NCBI GenBank assembly: GCA_047495785.1
Contig: JBLDXI010000015.1
Location: 4,836,001 to 4,900,000, forward strand
Source: Lepidodermella squamata
Taxonomy: Eukaryota; Animalia; Gastrotricha
Direction of reading: 5' to 3'
Length of the DNA: 64,000 nt
Shown: in pieces, positions 12,852 through 24,518 of the stretch
Position numbering within the stretch: position 1 is the first letter of the stretch
Layout of the letters: each line of letters opens with the position of its first letter
The notes under the pieces: generated by a model
Seen by the model: the letters and a program-made list of their open reading frames with translations, nothing else
Databases searched by the model: none
What the model was told of the DNA's origin: nothing
Position numbers and translations under genes: made by a program

Positions 12852-15800
12852 ATGGCGTCTGTTTTATTCGTAGCACTACTGGGATCGGTCACTTTTTCGA
12901 TCACAGGCGGCCAGGATATCACATTTAGAGGAGAGCGCCGAACCCGCCTAATGTATGGATGGCCACGGCTTGACAACGCTACTTACTACTCAGCACCCGG
13001 CGATTGCATGTTCGATTTGACTATTGATCTTAATGATGATCGAATACTAGCCGGTAAAACGTTGAGAGAATGTTCGGCCGCTTGCGATTTGCTAATCAGC
13101 TGTCGAGCTTTCGTCTACGACGTGATTGCACGGACCTGCGAGCTCAAGGATGGCTACCACAGTTGCACGAGTAGTCCTATATCGGCTACAAAAGTCTACT
13201 TCGTTAAAGAGGGTATTTTTATTAGTTCCTGAAGCGATGTAGAATATTTTCACGAAAATTTTGATAGCCGCATACGTGGAGGCTGGAACTTTCAGTGGGA
13301 GACGAAACTGTAAATCGTCAAACGCTGGTCAGACTTTCTACACCGTTTTCATGGCCAATCGCCCCGAGGTTTTAAACGCGAAAAAGCCTCCCTTGGAACT
13401 CTGGTTGACCCAAGATTCTAGTTTATCATCGGTCAAAATCTCCTACGAGACAGTCAACAGTTGGTTCAATGTCAAAAACGTTGATTCTTATACATTTATT
13501 TATTTAACAGGATCGGGAGATTTTGCCCTGGGCTATCGCAATCTTTTAGGTCTTAGGTTCAGGTCTGAAGATTATCGTCTTACAGATGGAAGCTTTCTCA
13601 ACGACCTTTGGGGCTCGTTGGTCATCGAACCAAAAGTTATCAAGGTCTACACGACATCTCCTTTCCCTTTCGTCATGTATGGTGTCAATAAGGAGTACTT
13701 CACTTCCGATGCTTTTCTAAGCTACCCCGTTGAGTCGTTGGGCAGCCGATATTACGCGTCTTGCCATTGGCCACCAACCTACAGCTGCGTTATTGCGATC
13801 GCATCTGCGAAAGATGTAGGAGTTACAAGAGTTAATATCACGCTGCCAACGGTTAACCAAACCCAAAACGATCGCGTCTTCCACTTTGATGACCCTGACG
13901 TAGCCGCTTGTTACGTTTTTGTCAACGGATCTGGCGAGAGTAAGACTTACATAGCTGGCGATACGATTCAACTGGTTTTGAAGCCGTGGGAAGCTGCTCA
14001 AATTATGGCTTACTGCGACCTTACCGGTGCGCTTATTGTCGCTGATTCGCTTATTGCGGTTTGGTCTGGAAATGTTCGAGCTGCTGTTGGCGATGGAATG
14101 GACACTCGCGACATTCTGACAGACCAATTACCGCCTGTTAAATCATGGGGAAACGTTTGCGCTGGTATTATGAATGCTTTAAAAATAAAATTGTATAATT
14201 TTCCAATATTTACACAGCATTTCCGACCCCGAACCGAACTATCGGCGATTATTGGACCGTTACAGCATCAGAAGATGATACAATAGTTACGCTTTATCAG
14301 TGGTCGAGAGACCGAAGACCGGGCGATTTCGCCCCGCCCACTGCTGTTAGGCTAAGGCTGGATGCTGGCCATAGCTATCGATTTCAATCAAATACGTCGA
14401 AAGATTGGATGCTTTTCCGTTCTGATAAGCCTTTCATGGCTGTTTCGTACATTCACAGTCAAATTAATATTGAAGAGCCTGCTGATCCTAGCATGACAGT
14501 TTGTATCCCGACTTCCCACTTCCCTAGCAGCAATGAAGACGATTTTGGTTATACTTTTGTTACACCGACTGGAGTCGCGACTAACTACACGAATTACATG
14601 TCGATTGTCATTGAGAAAGGGAAACAGCGCAATTTACAGCTGAATTCAGTTCCGCTAGACCGCTTGTACGATATTGAATGGCGCGATGTGCCGAACTCGA
14701 CTCTCGTCGGTGGATGGTTGCGTCTCGATGCTCCGGCAGAGAAGCAAGAATTTTTCTTAGGAGTTCGGCGTAGCGGCATCCCTTTCACGGCATACATATA
14801 CTCAGCAGGTGATCGCGAGTCGACAGCTTATGCTGTTGGTAGTTGCGTGTCGCCAAATTTCGTAAAATCAATTTAAATATCGCAATAGCAAAACTTGTTA
14901 TTTAACAATTTTTTCAGAATTGCGAAGACACAGTTGCCAAAATGGTGCCGGGAGATGTCATTGATAACGACTGCGATGGCTATGTCGATGAAGAAATTTG
15001 CGGGAACAATATGGGTATAAGCCATCTCGAATATTTCTGATTATAATCCTAGAGCTATTCTTGAACTATAGATGATGATTCGGATGGCCAAATTGACGAA
15101 GATTGTTTTATGACGATTACTGAAATCACAGAAGTGATTAGAATTAATGGCCAGACTACTGTCATACCTGTTGAAACGACTACTTGGTCATCGACGAGAT
15201 CTACCTTCACATCAACAGTGAGCACTACTCAAAGGACGTCAACCACACCTGTTCAAACGTCGCCTCGAACTTCAAGCCCTACAACAACAATAACTTCAAC
15301 GTCTACGACTTCTCAAACCATTCCTGTTAGATCGACAACATCACCGACCCCATCAACAACCCCAGCAACAACAACAACTGCAACAACAACAACAACTAGT
15401 AGGTCAACTTCTGCGACAACCTCAACCAGCAGGACGACCACCGAAGAATTGACGACCCCGAGGACAACACTTCCACCAACTTCCACAACGGAATCTTCTA
15501 CAACGCGCAATTTGCCTCAGACTACTCCGCCAAATGATTCCAACTGCCGACGTAATTTCACTATTTGTTTTCTTTTAATTTTCCAAAATATTGCGACTAC
15601 CCTTCAGCGCTCAATTTTGCTTACGCGTGTTACGGCAATCCTTTGAGCTTGACTTGCCGACCGGGTACAGTCATCCGCGTTATTTCGGCCCATTTCGGCC
15701 CTGTTGAAGACCTGCCAGCGAATAACACATGCTCCACTCCTCCGGTGATAAGTCCAGGACGACAAGCTTTGATGGATTTGCCTGGTTAGTTGAAGCTTCG

Positions 15801-17170
15801 TTATTGTCAAATGAAATTCCGAATTTTTGTAACATAGCCTGCTCTACAATCGATGTTTACGGTGTTGTATCGGCTAATTGCGACGGCGTTGAAAGCTGCA
15901 CCAAATTTTCTGCAACAGCAGCGAAACTCGGTTCGCCATCAATGGCGCGAAGTTGCCGGTTATGCTCGATGAGAGCGTCAGTCCATTACATGTGCATAGG
16001 TTGTTACAGGCTTTTGATGCCCTTAATATTTAATGACTTATTTTTGTTTCAAGCTCAATCGGAAGCATTCTCAGTTTTTGTCGCGTCCAGAGCTGGATAT
16101 CTATCGCCTAATCGGTACACTGCGAGCAGTTGGATGGCACCAGAGATGCACACATTGCTAAGCAATGCCTGCCCTAGTTCACCTGGAACGCGCACCTGTG
16201 ATTGTAAGAAACTGTGTATCCTCATATATTTGGTTTATCACAATTTCAATAAGATTCATTGGTCGACTACGCCTATGCTGCCTATGAGCGAAACGCCCCG
16301 CATCAAGCCAATTTTGCAGCTCAACAGAAAAATGGCTGGCAATGGGACGTCTGTGACACGGACAAGCCTTGGTTACAAATCGATCTGGGCGGTAATTTTG
16401 ACATCATGGGCCACATTGTCCAGTCTTGCCCGACCCCACTTGACTGGACAGCCACTTTCTCAGTTCAAGTCTCAAATGATGGCGTCACGTGGTCTCCTAT
16501 CGTCGACGAAAATGGTCGATCGGTCGTAAGTTTGTCCTCCATCTTCAAAATCATACCCATCGATAACTCTTTTGCAGGTTTTCAATATGAATAGCGACAT
16601 GACTAGGTTATCTTACTGCCCGTTTTCGAATTACAATGCACTCGGTCGCTACGTCAGGTTTGTTTTCCTGAATTGGAGCGCTAAACCATGCGTTCGTGTG
16701 GAAATCATTCGCGGCAATGCCATCCGGGGCTGCCCTCCAGTGTCAGTTACCGGCAGTGAAAACTTCGAATCTAACGCTTCAGCAGCATTAGGGGAAACCG
16801 TCACTGTTCGATGCCGGTCAAACCGGGCAACACAGGACGGTTTATCTACGTACCAAGTGCGATGTGGTGATGATGGCCGATGGGGAGGCCAATTCAAAGA
16901 TTGCTCAAGTTTGACTTTTTTCTTGCAATGGTGAAGATATTCAATGTTTTCTTTGTTTATTTAGCCGTTTTCCACTGCCCAGACATTCCTCAGCTACAAT
17001 ATGCGTACCATAACGGAACAAACACGTTTTTAGGGTCGAGGATAACCTACAGATGCCTACCCGGGAGTTACTTGTCGACACCCGGCCGGCCGTCGACGAT
17101 TGTTTGCGAGGCCAGTGGCCGATGGGCGCCATCACCAGACAGCCTCATCAGATGCGTACCAGACTACTAA
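12852..17170 (+). CDS. Secreted mosaic protein: signal peptide, PAN/apple-like, IgGFc-binding N-terminal domain, two DxDxDG motifs, Thr-rich mucin tract, SUEL-like lectin, F5/8 type C (discoidin) and two sushi domains
   Basis: ECSAACDLLISCRAFVY...TCELK (PAN); SDAFLSYPVESLGSRYY, DLTGALIVADSLIAVWSGN, DQLPPVKSWG, DPSMTVCIP (IgGFc-binding); DNDCDGYVDEE and DDDSDGQIDEDC; poly-Thr; YACYGNPLSLTCRPGTVIRVISAHFG (SUEL); PWLQIDLG, FSVQVSNDGVTW, GRYVRF (FA58C); CP...YRCLPG...CEASGRW (sushi). Exon junctions approximate. Confidence 0.72.
15170..15535 (+). repeat. Thr/Ser/Pro low-complexity coding tract (ACA/ACC-rich, mucin-like)
   Basis: TTTPATTTTATTTTTSRSTS encoded by (ACA)n runs. Confidence 0.8.
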
Positions 17171-17485
17171 AACAATAGTCTCAATGTACATAGCATAGAA
17201 TTTTTAGCCCACGGCAAATTTATACAGTAGTTGCATATTTTTAGCTTTACATTGATATATTTTTCATGTTACTCTTTATAGCATTCAATGTTTGTGTTCA
17301 ATTATATTCCCGCCGCCACTGCTGGACCATATTATTTTTTGTAATTTTATCTGCGATAACAAGATGAATAAAATTGTGCCACCTTAATGTTTGCTTTTTC
17401 ACGAGCCAACTCCGCAAACGGTCGACATCCCCTCCGCATCATTCCTGGGAATTTCATCTTCTTCGTCTGTCGACTAAAAATTAAG

Positions 17486-19069
17486 ATGTGTTCGACTTAC
17501 TTTCTTGGGCTTTTATTAGCCGTAGCTGCCGTTAGTCATGCGTCACCCACAAATGAGCCATCGCCCGATGCAGATCGCCTCCGCGAAGACACGGGTGGAT
17601 TCTGTGGTCGCGACCTTTCAACCCTCAAGCAGCTGATCATGGTGCTTCGCCACGGCGATACTACTCCGATCGGAACATTCCCAACCGACATTCATCAGGA
17701 GAATACTTGGCAGACAGGGTTCGATCAACTCACTCGCCGTGGAGTAGAACGTTCATTCGAGCTTGGCGAATGGACCCGTTCATGCTACGGCAAGTCATTC
17801 CTCAACAAATTCGCCCACTCGAAGAACCTGAACGCGCGCAGTTCGGATACCGATAAAACTCTAATGAGCACCCAAGCTTTCCTAGCTGGAGCGTACCCTC
17901 CATTGACAACATTTCAAGTCGGTTATCAAGTAAGGTAACGATTGCTTGGAAGGCAACAATGTTCAAAATGCATTTTTAGGCATGGGGTGATACGAGAGGA
18001 AGTGCACTTGGCTCCCTTTGGCAACCGATTCCAGTCCACACTGTTGACGCTTATCTTGACCAATTGTTGCTTGGCCATAAGCATTGCCCACGTTATGAAG
18101 AAGTCATCCAGGACATCAACAACTCTTCAAAGACCTTGCAGATACTACAACATGACATTGAATGGCTTGGAATGTTAGCTGCGAAATCTGGTCTGACGGT
18201 CAACAACGGCGATTTAATGGTTTGACAACTTGTCATGAGTTTGCCTGTTCCTTTTCAAACAAATTTGTTCAGGAGTTGGTTTTGAAGATTCAAGAGATAG
18301 TTCTGGCTCAAGTTGAGAATGGACGAACCCCAGTTTCATGGCTGGCCGATGAGAGGTTGCTAGAAAAGCTGGCTTTCTATCGGGATCTTGCTGTCAATCT
18401 CTACGCAAATCATCCTGAAATTGCGAGAATTGCCAGTGGATCGCTTCTTACTGAAATAATGGGAATTCTGGCGTCTCGAGCGGCGCAGGCCTCGCAGTTC
18501 GAACATATCGTCTATTGCACTCATGACACTGTGATCGAAGGTCTACTTGCAAGTCTAGGCGTGCTTAGATCCCTCAACAACAGAAAACCACCTTATTCGG
18601 CTGCAATAATCTTAGAACTTCATCAATTGGACAAGGTGAGGAGGGTACATTTTAAACTGTGTTCTCAACTCTATGCAATGTTTTTCAGAACTACGCGATT
18701 TCGGCTTACTACCGTAACTCTAGCGTTTCAGAGCCGATACAGTTGGAAATTGCAGGCTGCGATAGTGCTCAAGTTGGATGCATGTTGAATGACTTCATGC
18801 AGGCAATGTCATGTAAGGCAGCTCGATCCCACGCCGACGACTGTGTGTCTAGAATACCAGTAACTACTACGGCGAAACCGAAACCGACATCTACCACGGA
18901 ATCTACCACCACGACGGTGGCACCAACTACCACAACAACAGCAACAACTACTACAGAGATTACCACCCCTACGACGCCCGCAGTTGAGACTTCAACTCGT
19001 TGCGTTAAAAGAGCTCCGCATGCCATGTTCGCTGTTCCGAGGAGGCTGGGGAAACACATGATTCCCTAA
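17486..19069 (+). CDS. Secreted histidine acid phosphatase (branch 2, ACP2/ACPP-like) with Thr-rich tail and a variant catalytic motif
   Basis: Signal peptide MCSTYFLGLLLAVAAVSHA, RHGDTTP, QLTRRG, SSDTDKTLMS, WQPIPVHT, CPRY, THDT, PPYSAAIILELH; three short introns. Confidence 0.88.
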
Positions 19070-19626
19070 AACTTGGAAGGTTTTCAACAATTTTGTTGAG
19101 ACTATGAAACATTGCTCAAGTTGTACAAATGCGCCACTGCTTATGAAATAAAACCACCGTAATTATGATTAAAACGTTGAATAAGAAAGGCTATCTAGTA
19201 TTAGGGAAGTTGGGGAAGCATTTTGCTAGTTTTAAAAACACTAAGGCAAATTGCAAAGGGTCCAATCTTGGATTTTCCCAATTTCATGTTGGCTGAAAAA
19301 ATGATTTTAATGAATAAAGCTGCTTGAAGCAATAAAGATTAGAGGGCCCGCTTCAGTATATGTTTCAGCAGATTACAAGGGTATTATTTTTCCACTTTAC
19401 CTAACCAAATAAAATTCACGCATGAAATGAAGCGCGCATACATGTGACTATATAGTCCATCCTTGAGAAAACAATAGACTTGCTTCGAATTTTGAAGGGC
19501 TGGCCGTCGTCGACGAAATTATTAATCCCGTTCTTGAGCCGACTGAACATAAAATGCCGTGGAGAAATCTGTTGGGGTGTGTTCATATTATTATTCTGTT
19601 ATAGCAGATAAATCTTTGTGAGAAAA

Positions 19627-20127
19627 ATGACTCAAGCTGTTATTGTGAACGCAGATCCCAATGCCGACGCTCATCCCTTCGATGACACAATACGTAGGCG
19701 TTCTCGAACGCTATCTGTATCCTGGTCTTCTTCCTGCAGCGAGAATGCCGACGAAGAACGACGTAATTCATCCGGTTTGGCTGACAGAAGACCTCGAGGA
19801 TTGCGGACGGATGAAGCTAGTAAAATTCTACCATCGACTGAGGAACTGCCGTCTCCTCCTGCCAAAAAGCAGCGCAAGGTCAAGATTTGGCAATTCATTA
19901 AGCGGAAGCTAAGCCACAGCAAGTCGTCTGAAACAGCTTTAGTGCAAGCGGGCTCTACTGCAACTTTTGACAAGGCCAACGCGAAGGCGCAAAACAAGGA
20001 TGACAAACCAAGGCCTCAGTCGGATTTCGGCTTTGAGAGCTTGATTTTCGAGGCGTCCGCCAACGGATACGTTGACATATTTCCGAATCATCCGATATCT
20101 GCTCAATCAAAAGCTTTGAAATTCTGA
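19627..20127 (+). CDS. Small disordered protein, GxxDI[YF] family member 1 (166 aa)
   Basis: Single ORF with ATG in AAAATG context; RRRSRTLSVSW, RRNSS, and C-terminal FESLIFEASANGYVDIF shared with five neighbours; AATAAA downstream. Confidence 0.75.
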   Translation: MTQAVIVNADPNADAHPFDDTIRRRSRTLSVSWSSSCSENADEERRNSSGLADRRPRGLRTDEASKILPSTEELPSPPAKKQRKVKIWQFIKRKLSHSKSSETALVQAGSTATFDKANAKAQNKDDKPRPQSDFGFESLIFEASANGYVDIFPNHPISAQSKALKF

Positions 20128-20534
20128 AGAGAAGCGATCCTTTGAGAGCTGATCAGCATCGAAGTTGCTCCAATTTGCCGAAAAAAACATGCCCTACATT
20201 TTATTTGACCATGCGCATTGTGCTATATGCTTTTTTGTTTTATGATCAAAACTGTTGAATAAATTATATCACAAATAGCACGCGTAAGCAGCTCATTAGA
20301 TAACTAAATCCCTAATACCCATAATATAAATATGTTAAGAGATTTTAAATAGCTCTTGTATTGTCACCTTTTAACGTGGGGTAACCATAGCTTCTGATAT
20401 TATCAGACCTGCTTTTTACATGGTTGTAAGGCCATCATCAGCAGTGTGAAATCTGGGATTTAGCAACAATTCATCGCATGTAATTTGCCGCTACCAGCGA
20501 TGCATTTGTAGAAAAACCTGAAATTTTTGTTCTG

Positions 20535-20933
20535 ATGAGCGATTTGAAGCCAGCAGATAATATTATTGAAAATGCAACCCCAACTAATGAGCGAAGTCGA
20601 TCGAACACGCTCACGGTCAGTTGGTGCCCCTCGTTGGACAACAAGGATGCTGAGGTGAGCCGCAAGCCATCGGTGATTTCCAATTATGACACGGAGAGGC
20701 AGCCCAATTTACTGCGTCACTTTCGCAACTTCCTCCGCCGGTTTTTTCAACGACCCAACTCTAGAAAAGCCTCGACGAATACACGCCACAATTCCTCCGC
20801 AAGTCAAGTTGGCGCATTTAATCCACATCAGCGATCGAAAGACTTCGAAAGATTTGTTTCGGATGTTTCAACAAATGGCTACTTGGACATCTTCCCTGAA
20901 TATCAAATTAAACAAACTTACTCGAAAACGTGA
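20535..20933 (+). CDS. Small disordered protein, GxxDI[YF] family member 2 (132 aa)
   Basis: RSRSNTLTVSW aligns with member 1; RKPS, RKAS; C-terminal FERFVSDVSTNGYLDIF. Confidence 0.75.
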   Translation: MSDLKPADNIIENATPTNERSRSNTLTVSWCPSLDNKDAEVSRKPSVISNYDTERQPNLLRHFRNFLRRFFQRPNSRKASTNTRHNSSASQVGAFNPHQRSKDFERFVSDVSTNGYLDIFPEYQIKQTYSKT

Positions 20934-21963
20934 ATGATGAATATGTAAAATTTTACCATGGGTTAAAAAGACGAGTTGACAGTCAGTAATCAACATCGCT
21001 TCCCCGAGATAACAATATTAATTGTGTCCAACAGACAAATGAATACTTACAGGTTTATACCACTTGCCAAATTTCTGATTAATTGAATGAGTACCCTACA
21101 TGAGCAACACAGCGCTTTCCTCTATATTATGGAACAACGGTGGACAAGAAGAAGAGTTTCCAACAAATGCTGGACCTTTTAGTATATCTAGGCTGAAAAA
21201 TATGCTGATCACTCACGTCGGAGAAATTCTCAACATTTACAGGCGCTGTTTTTTATCTGCGATGATTGTAATAATCCTCGCCATATCTTGATCAACACCG
21301 TCACAACCATCACTTGCGAACGACTCAATTCGGGAATTTTTCGAAGGAGTAAAGGAGTGACTTCCGCGGAAATTATAAATTATGGCTATATTTTTGAGCG
21401 CTTTCCTGTAACGATTCGGGCCAAGAAGTGTAAATGGCTCGACTTGACCTCGGGTCATAACAACATAGAGCGTCAGCTGCGCTTTGACACAAGGTCAACC
21501 TGACAGTCTTTTGACGTCTTTTGGAAGGCTGAACGCTGGGGTCAACCCTCCTTCTTAACGTTAAATATCCTGGTGGATTTTGTTAAAAACCTCATAACAC
21601 TCCTGCTAACGCGCGCAAAGGGCCACCTTTTCCTGGTAACAAATATTCTATGCTTTTTTTACCACGTGGAACTTTCTGCGCGTTCAATCTGCTACCTGTA
21701 ACAGTGCACGTTACGAACAAATGCGTCATTGGACAATCCAAGAAACAACTTTCTACAGTGTATGCACGCATTATGCACGCGGTTGACAAGATTAAAACTG
21801 GCGTGAAAGTGAGAGTGCTTGCGTCACTGCCTCGACCCCTGTCATTTGGCCACAGGTATAAAAAGTCGGCAGTTCTGCCGTCGGAACACCACCGTCTTCA
21901 GCTATACTAACAAATTTTCCTTGATTAATATTCACTGAGTTTACTTCAAACTTCAAACAAACA

Positions 21964-22629
21964 ATGCTGCCCCGTCGCAATATGGTCAAGTTCACGCTGG
22001 GTAAAATCGACCCCGAGATCGCGAAAGCAAATGAAATCATCGTGCCACCCGACTCGAAACCTACCGCAATGCCTATCAAATCAATTTTGAAGAAGGAGAA
22101 ATCCCCGGCCCAGAAGTTGCCAACACCGCTGGCAGCGTCTCTTGGCAAACAAAGCTGCCAGGCTGATTTCATGGCCCATAGGTCGGCTTTCAACATATCT
22201 GCGTCGCCAGGCAGTAAGGCTCATTGACTAGTGCGGTTACCGGGTGACGTTTCCCAGCCGGCTTCGGTCGATCGCTGGGCGTCATCCGGGTCTTCAAGCA
22301 GCGCTGTTGATAGTGACCGGAGTCCGCTGATTGAGACAGCAGATGATACACCGAAGCACTCTTTCGGACCATTGGAACCCAAGTCGCTAAACAGGCTGCT
22401 ATCCAAGTGCGAACGAAACTTGGCAAAATTGCTGAAGAAACCGTTCGGCGCGATGACACGAAGAAACGAATACAGCGAAATTGGCGGAACTGCGAAAGCT
22501 AGCCAAGCATCGAAAAGGTGCGCCAAAGCGAAAGGAATAAGGTCTTGCGCCGAAATGCCGCAAGATCTGAAATTCGAGCGGCTTATACGAGAAGCTACCA
22601 CACGGGGCTATGTTGACATTTATGCTTGA
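21964..22629 (+). CDS. GxxDI[YF] family member 3: 87-aa ORF plus in-frame extension across TGA 22225-22227 (221 aa if read through)
   Basis: TATAAAA near 21857 and ATG in ACAATG context. ORFs 21964-22227 and 22231-22629 are in the same frame, separated by TGA CTA. The extension ends FERLIREATTRGYVDIYA. Confidence 0.62.
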
Positions 22630-23114
22630 CTCTAAGATGATAACCATCATTTATTTGATAGCTATAATAAGCCTTACATTTTTTTCTCAGTTTGATTATA
22701 TATCAGTATTATTACTTGGTTTAATCTCACGAAATTCAATGTTAATTTTAGGAATGTCCTTTATCAAGTTCTCTCAGCTTCGAATAAAGTAATAATATAT
22801 TTTAAATGCGTTACATTTCTGACTTTTTGTAAATTATTTCGCAATTTTGCGTAATAAAAGCAATGTTTACTGCGATATGAGCGTTATTATAAGTAAATGG
22901 AAGGTGCTTTCTCTAGAGTGCGTACTGAACAAAGAGGTGTTTATATGGTTTTTTAGCCACGTGTTGTTTTGCACTCAGGAGCATTATATAATTTCATTTC
23001 GTGTCTTCTTATCATTTGCGTTTTGTTCCACACCTACTTCCATTCAAATATAGGCTATTAGACTTCGATCGCCCACTTTTAACAGAACAGCTTCAACTGC
23101 AAACAAACAAAAAC

Positions 23115-23531
23115 ATGGAGATGAAACCCTTGAAAAGATCGCATTCGTCATCAGCATCGGATCGAGGTATGGAGTCTTCCTCTTCAGATGCAGCAAAGGA
23201 TCGTCAGCAAACTGATAAATCTTCGAAATCGTCGTCTTCAAAGACAGCGCCTGATCACCATCAATCGGTCGATTACAGCCACCTTCCATCTTTGAACACA
23301 AATGCCTTCAAAATTGAGTACAGGAATTATTATCGCAAATATTCTCTGCCGACAATTCCAAGTTACGGTGAGCTGCAAGACCTCGAACGTGATAAGCAGA
23401 TGGCTGACGACGAAATTTCAACACGGCCTCGATGCCATACTATTCACACGGAAACCTTCGATGAAACGTACAAGAAAACACTGCAGAGTGCTACAAAAAG
23501 TGGACATGTTGACATTTACTCCATGTTTTGA
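23115..23531 (+). CDS. Small disordered protein, GxxDI[YF] family member 4 (138 aa)
   Basis: ATG in AAACATGG context; Ser-rich, KRSHS, RKYS, RPRCHT; C-terminal YKKTLQSATKSGHVDIYSMF; AATAAA downstream. Confidence 0.75.
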   Translation: MEMKPLKRSHSSSASDRGMESSSSDAAKDRQQTDKSSKSSSSKTAPDHHQSVDYSHLPSLNTNAFKIEYRNYYRKYSLPTIPSYGELQDLERDKQMADDEISTRPRCHTIHTETFDETYKKTLQSATKSGHVDIYSMF

Positions 23532-23864
23532 TATTTTTGAACCTTTCTCTTACGCAGATAGTGCATCAACTACCTGAGATAATCATCTATTATTACCTCA
23601 GGCGACATTTTTTGCATTCACATTGACGATTAATTGATGTGTTATTTATAAATAAGTTTTTAATAAAAATAAAAACCACCATTTTGCGTCATCACTCCAC
23701 AATGGGCGGCACTGCAGTGCATTTAACGTGGGGTTGCGCTTGACTGCGTTAAGAGGTTGAACGGGCTATACTGTACACAGGAGTTTCTCGTCGAGTAACT
23801 TTTCATATGTTGTGACTCGATTATTTTTTGGCGTTAAAGCATATTAATCCGGCGTTTCAGGCGA

Positions 23865-24206
23865 ATGGATAGCAAAGACGAAAAGACTACTCCACAGCCA
23901 GCTCCGATTGCCGCGAGCTTTCCCAATGCGGATGGGTACCAACAGACTATTCGACGCGTGAGCAAACTTGGCCGCAGCGATCTCGCCGATTTGAAGAAAT
24001 CAGCAAGCTGCTCTGATGCAGCCTATACGCAATTTCACAGGCAAGTGTCGACGACTGGCAGGGCCGACATAGCGGCCGAACTATCAAGTCGTCGCTTCAG
24101 TGATAGACCGAAAAAAGTACCGAGCTCCAAACCTCCGTCATTCGATGGCTTCCTCGACCGCGCGAAGAAAACTGGAAATTCAGACATTTACGCAATTCAC
24201 AAGTAG
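23865..24206 (+). CDS. Small disordered protein, GxxDI[YF] family member 5 (113 aa), with two motif copies
   Basis: RRVS, RQVS, RRFS; internal YTQFHRQVSTTGRADIA and terminal FDGFLDRAKKTGNSDIYAIHK; AATAAA downstream. Confidence 0.75.
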   Translation: MDSKDEKTTPQPAPIAASFPNADGYQQTIRRVSKLGRSDLADLKKSASCSDAAYTQFHRQVSTTGRADIAAELSSRRFSDRPKKVPSSKPPSFDGFLDRAKKTGNSDIYAIHK

Positions 24207-24518
24207 AAATGGTTCATTTATTTGCGTTTTTCTGCTGTCCTTGCTGTCTGTGAATTGGTAATAAAAGTTTTTCAAGTGCTGAATAATCTGTTTACGATGT
24301 TAAAAATAGCTAAAACACGTGATGATCCAATTAGGCCGTTAGCAGTACACAAGTTGGAAACCGAAAACTTGGCCGCTATGAATAATTAGTAAATGGCTTG
24401 AACAGCGCAGCACGACTTTCTGCATATAAGCTCAAATTTAGCCCAGATCAGTTGAACTTGTAATTATTTTTTAACACGTGAACAATCGTTCCCAGACTGC
24501 AATATAACTTCGAAGTTT

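Noticed and set aside
21000-21950. Short ORFs (63-86 aa) between family members 2 and 3 as further members
   Set aside because: They lack the GxxDI motif and any recognisable features, and several start at non-ATG codons; probably intergenic.
22225-22227. Selenocysteine codon in family member 3
   Set aside because: No convincing SECIS is visible in the AT-rich 3' region and there is no redox motif; readthrough or a nonsense allele is simpler. A SECIS search would settle it.
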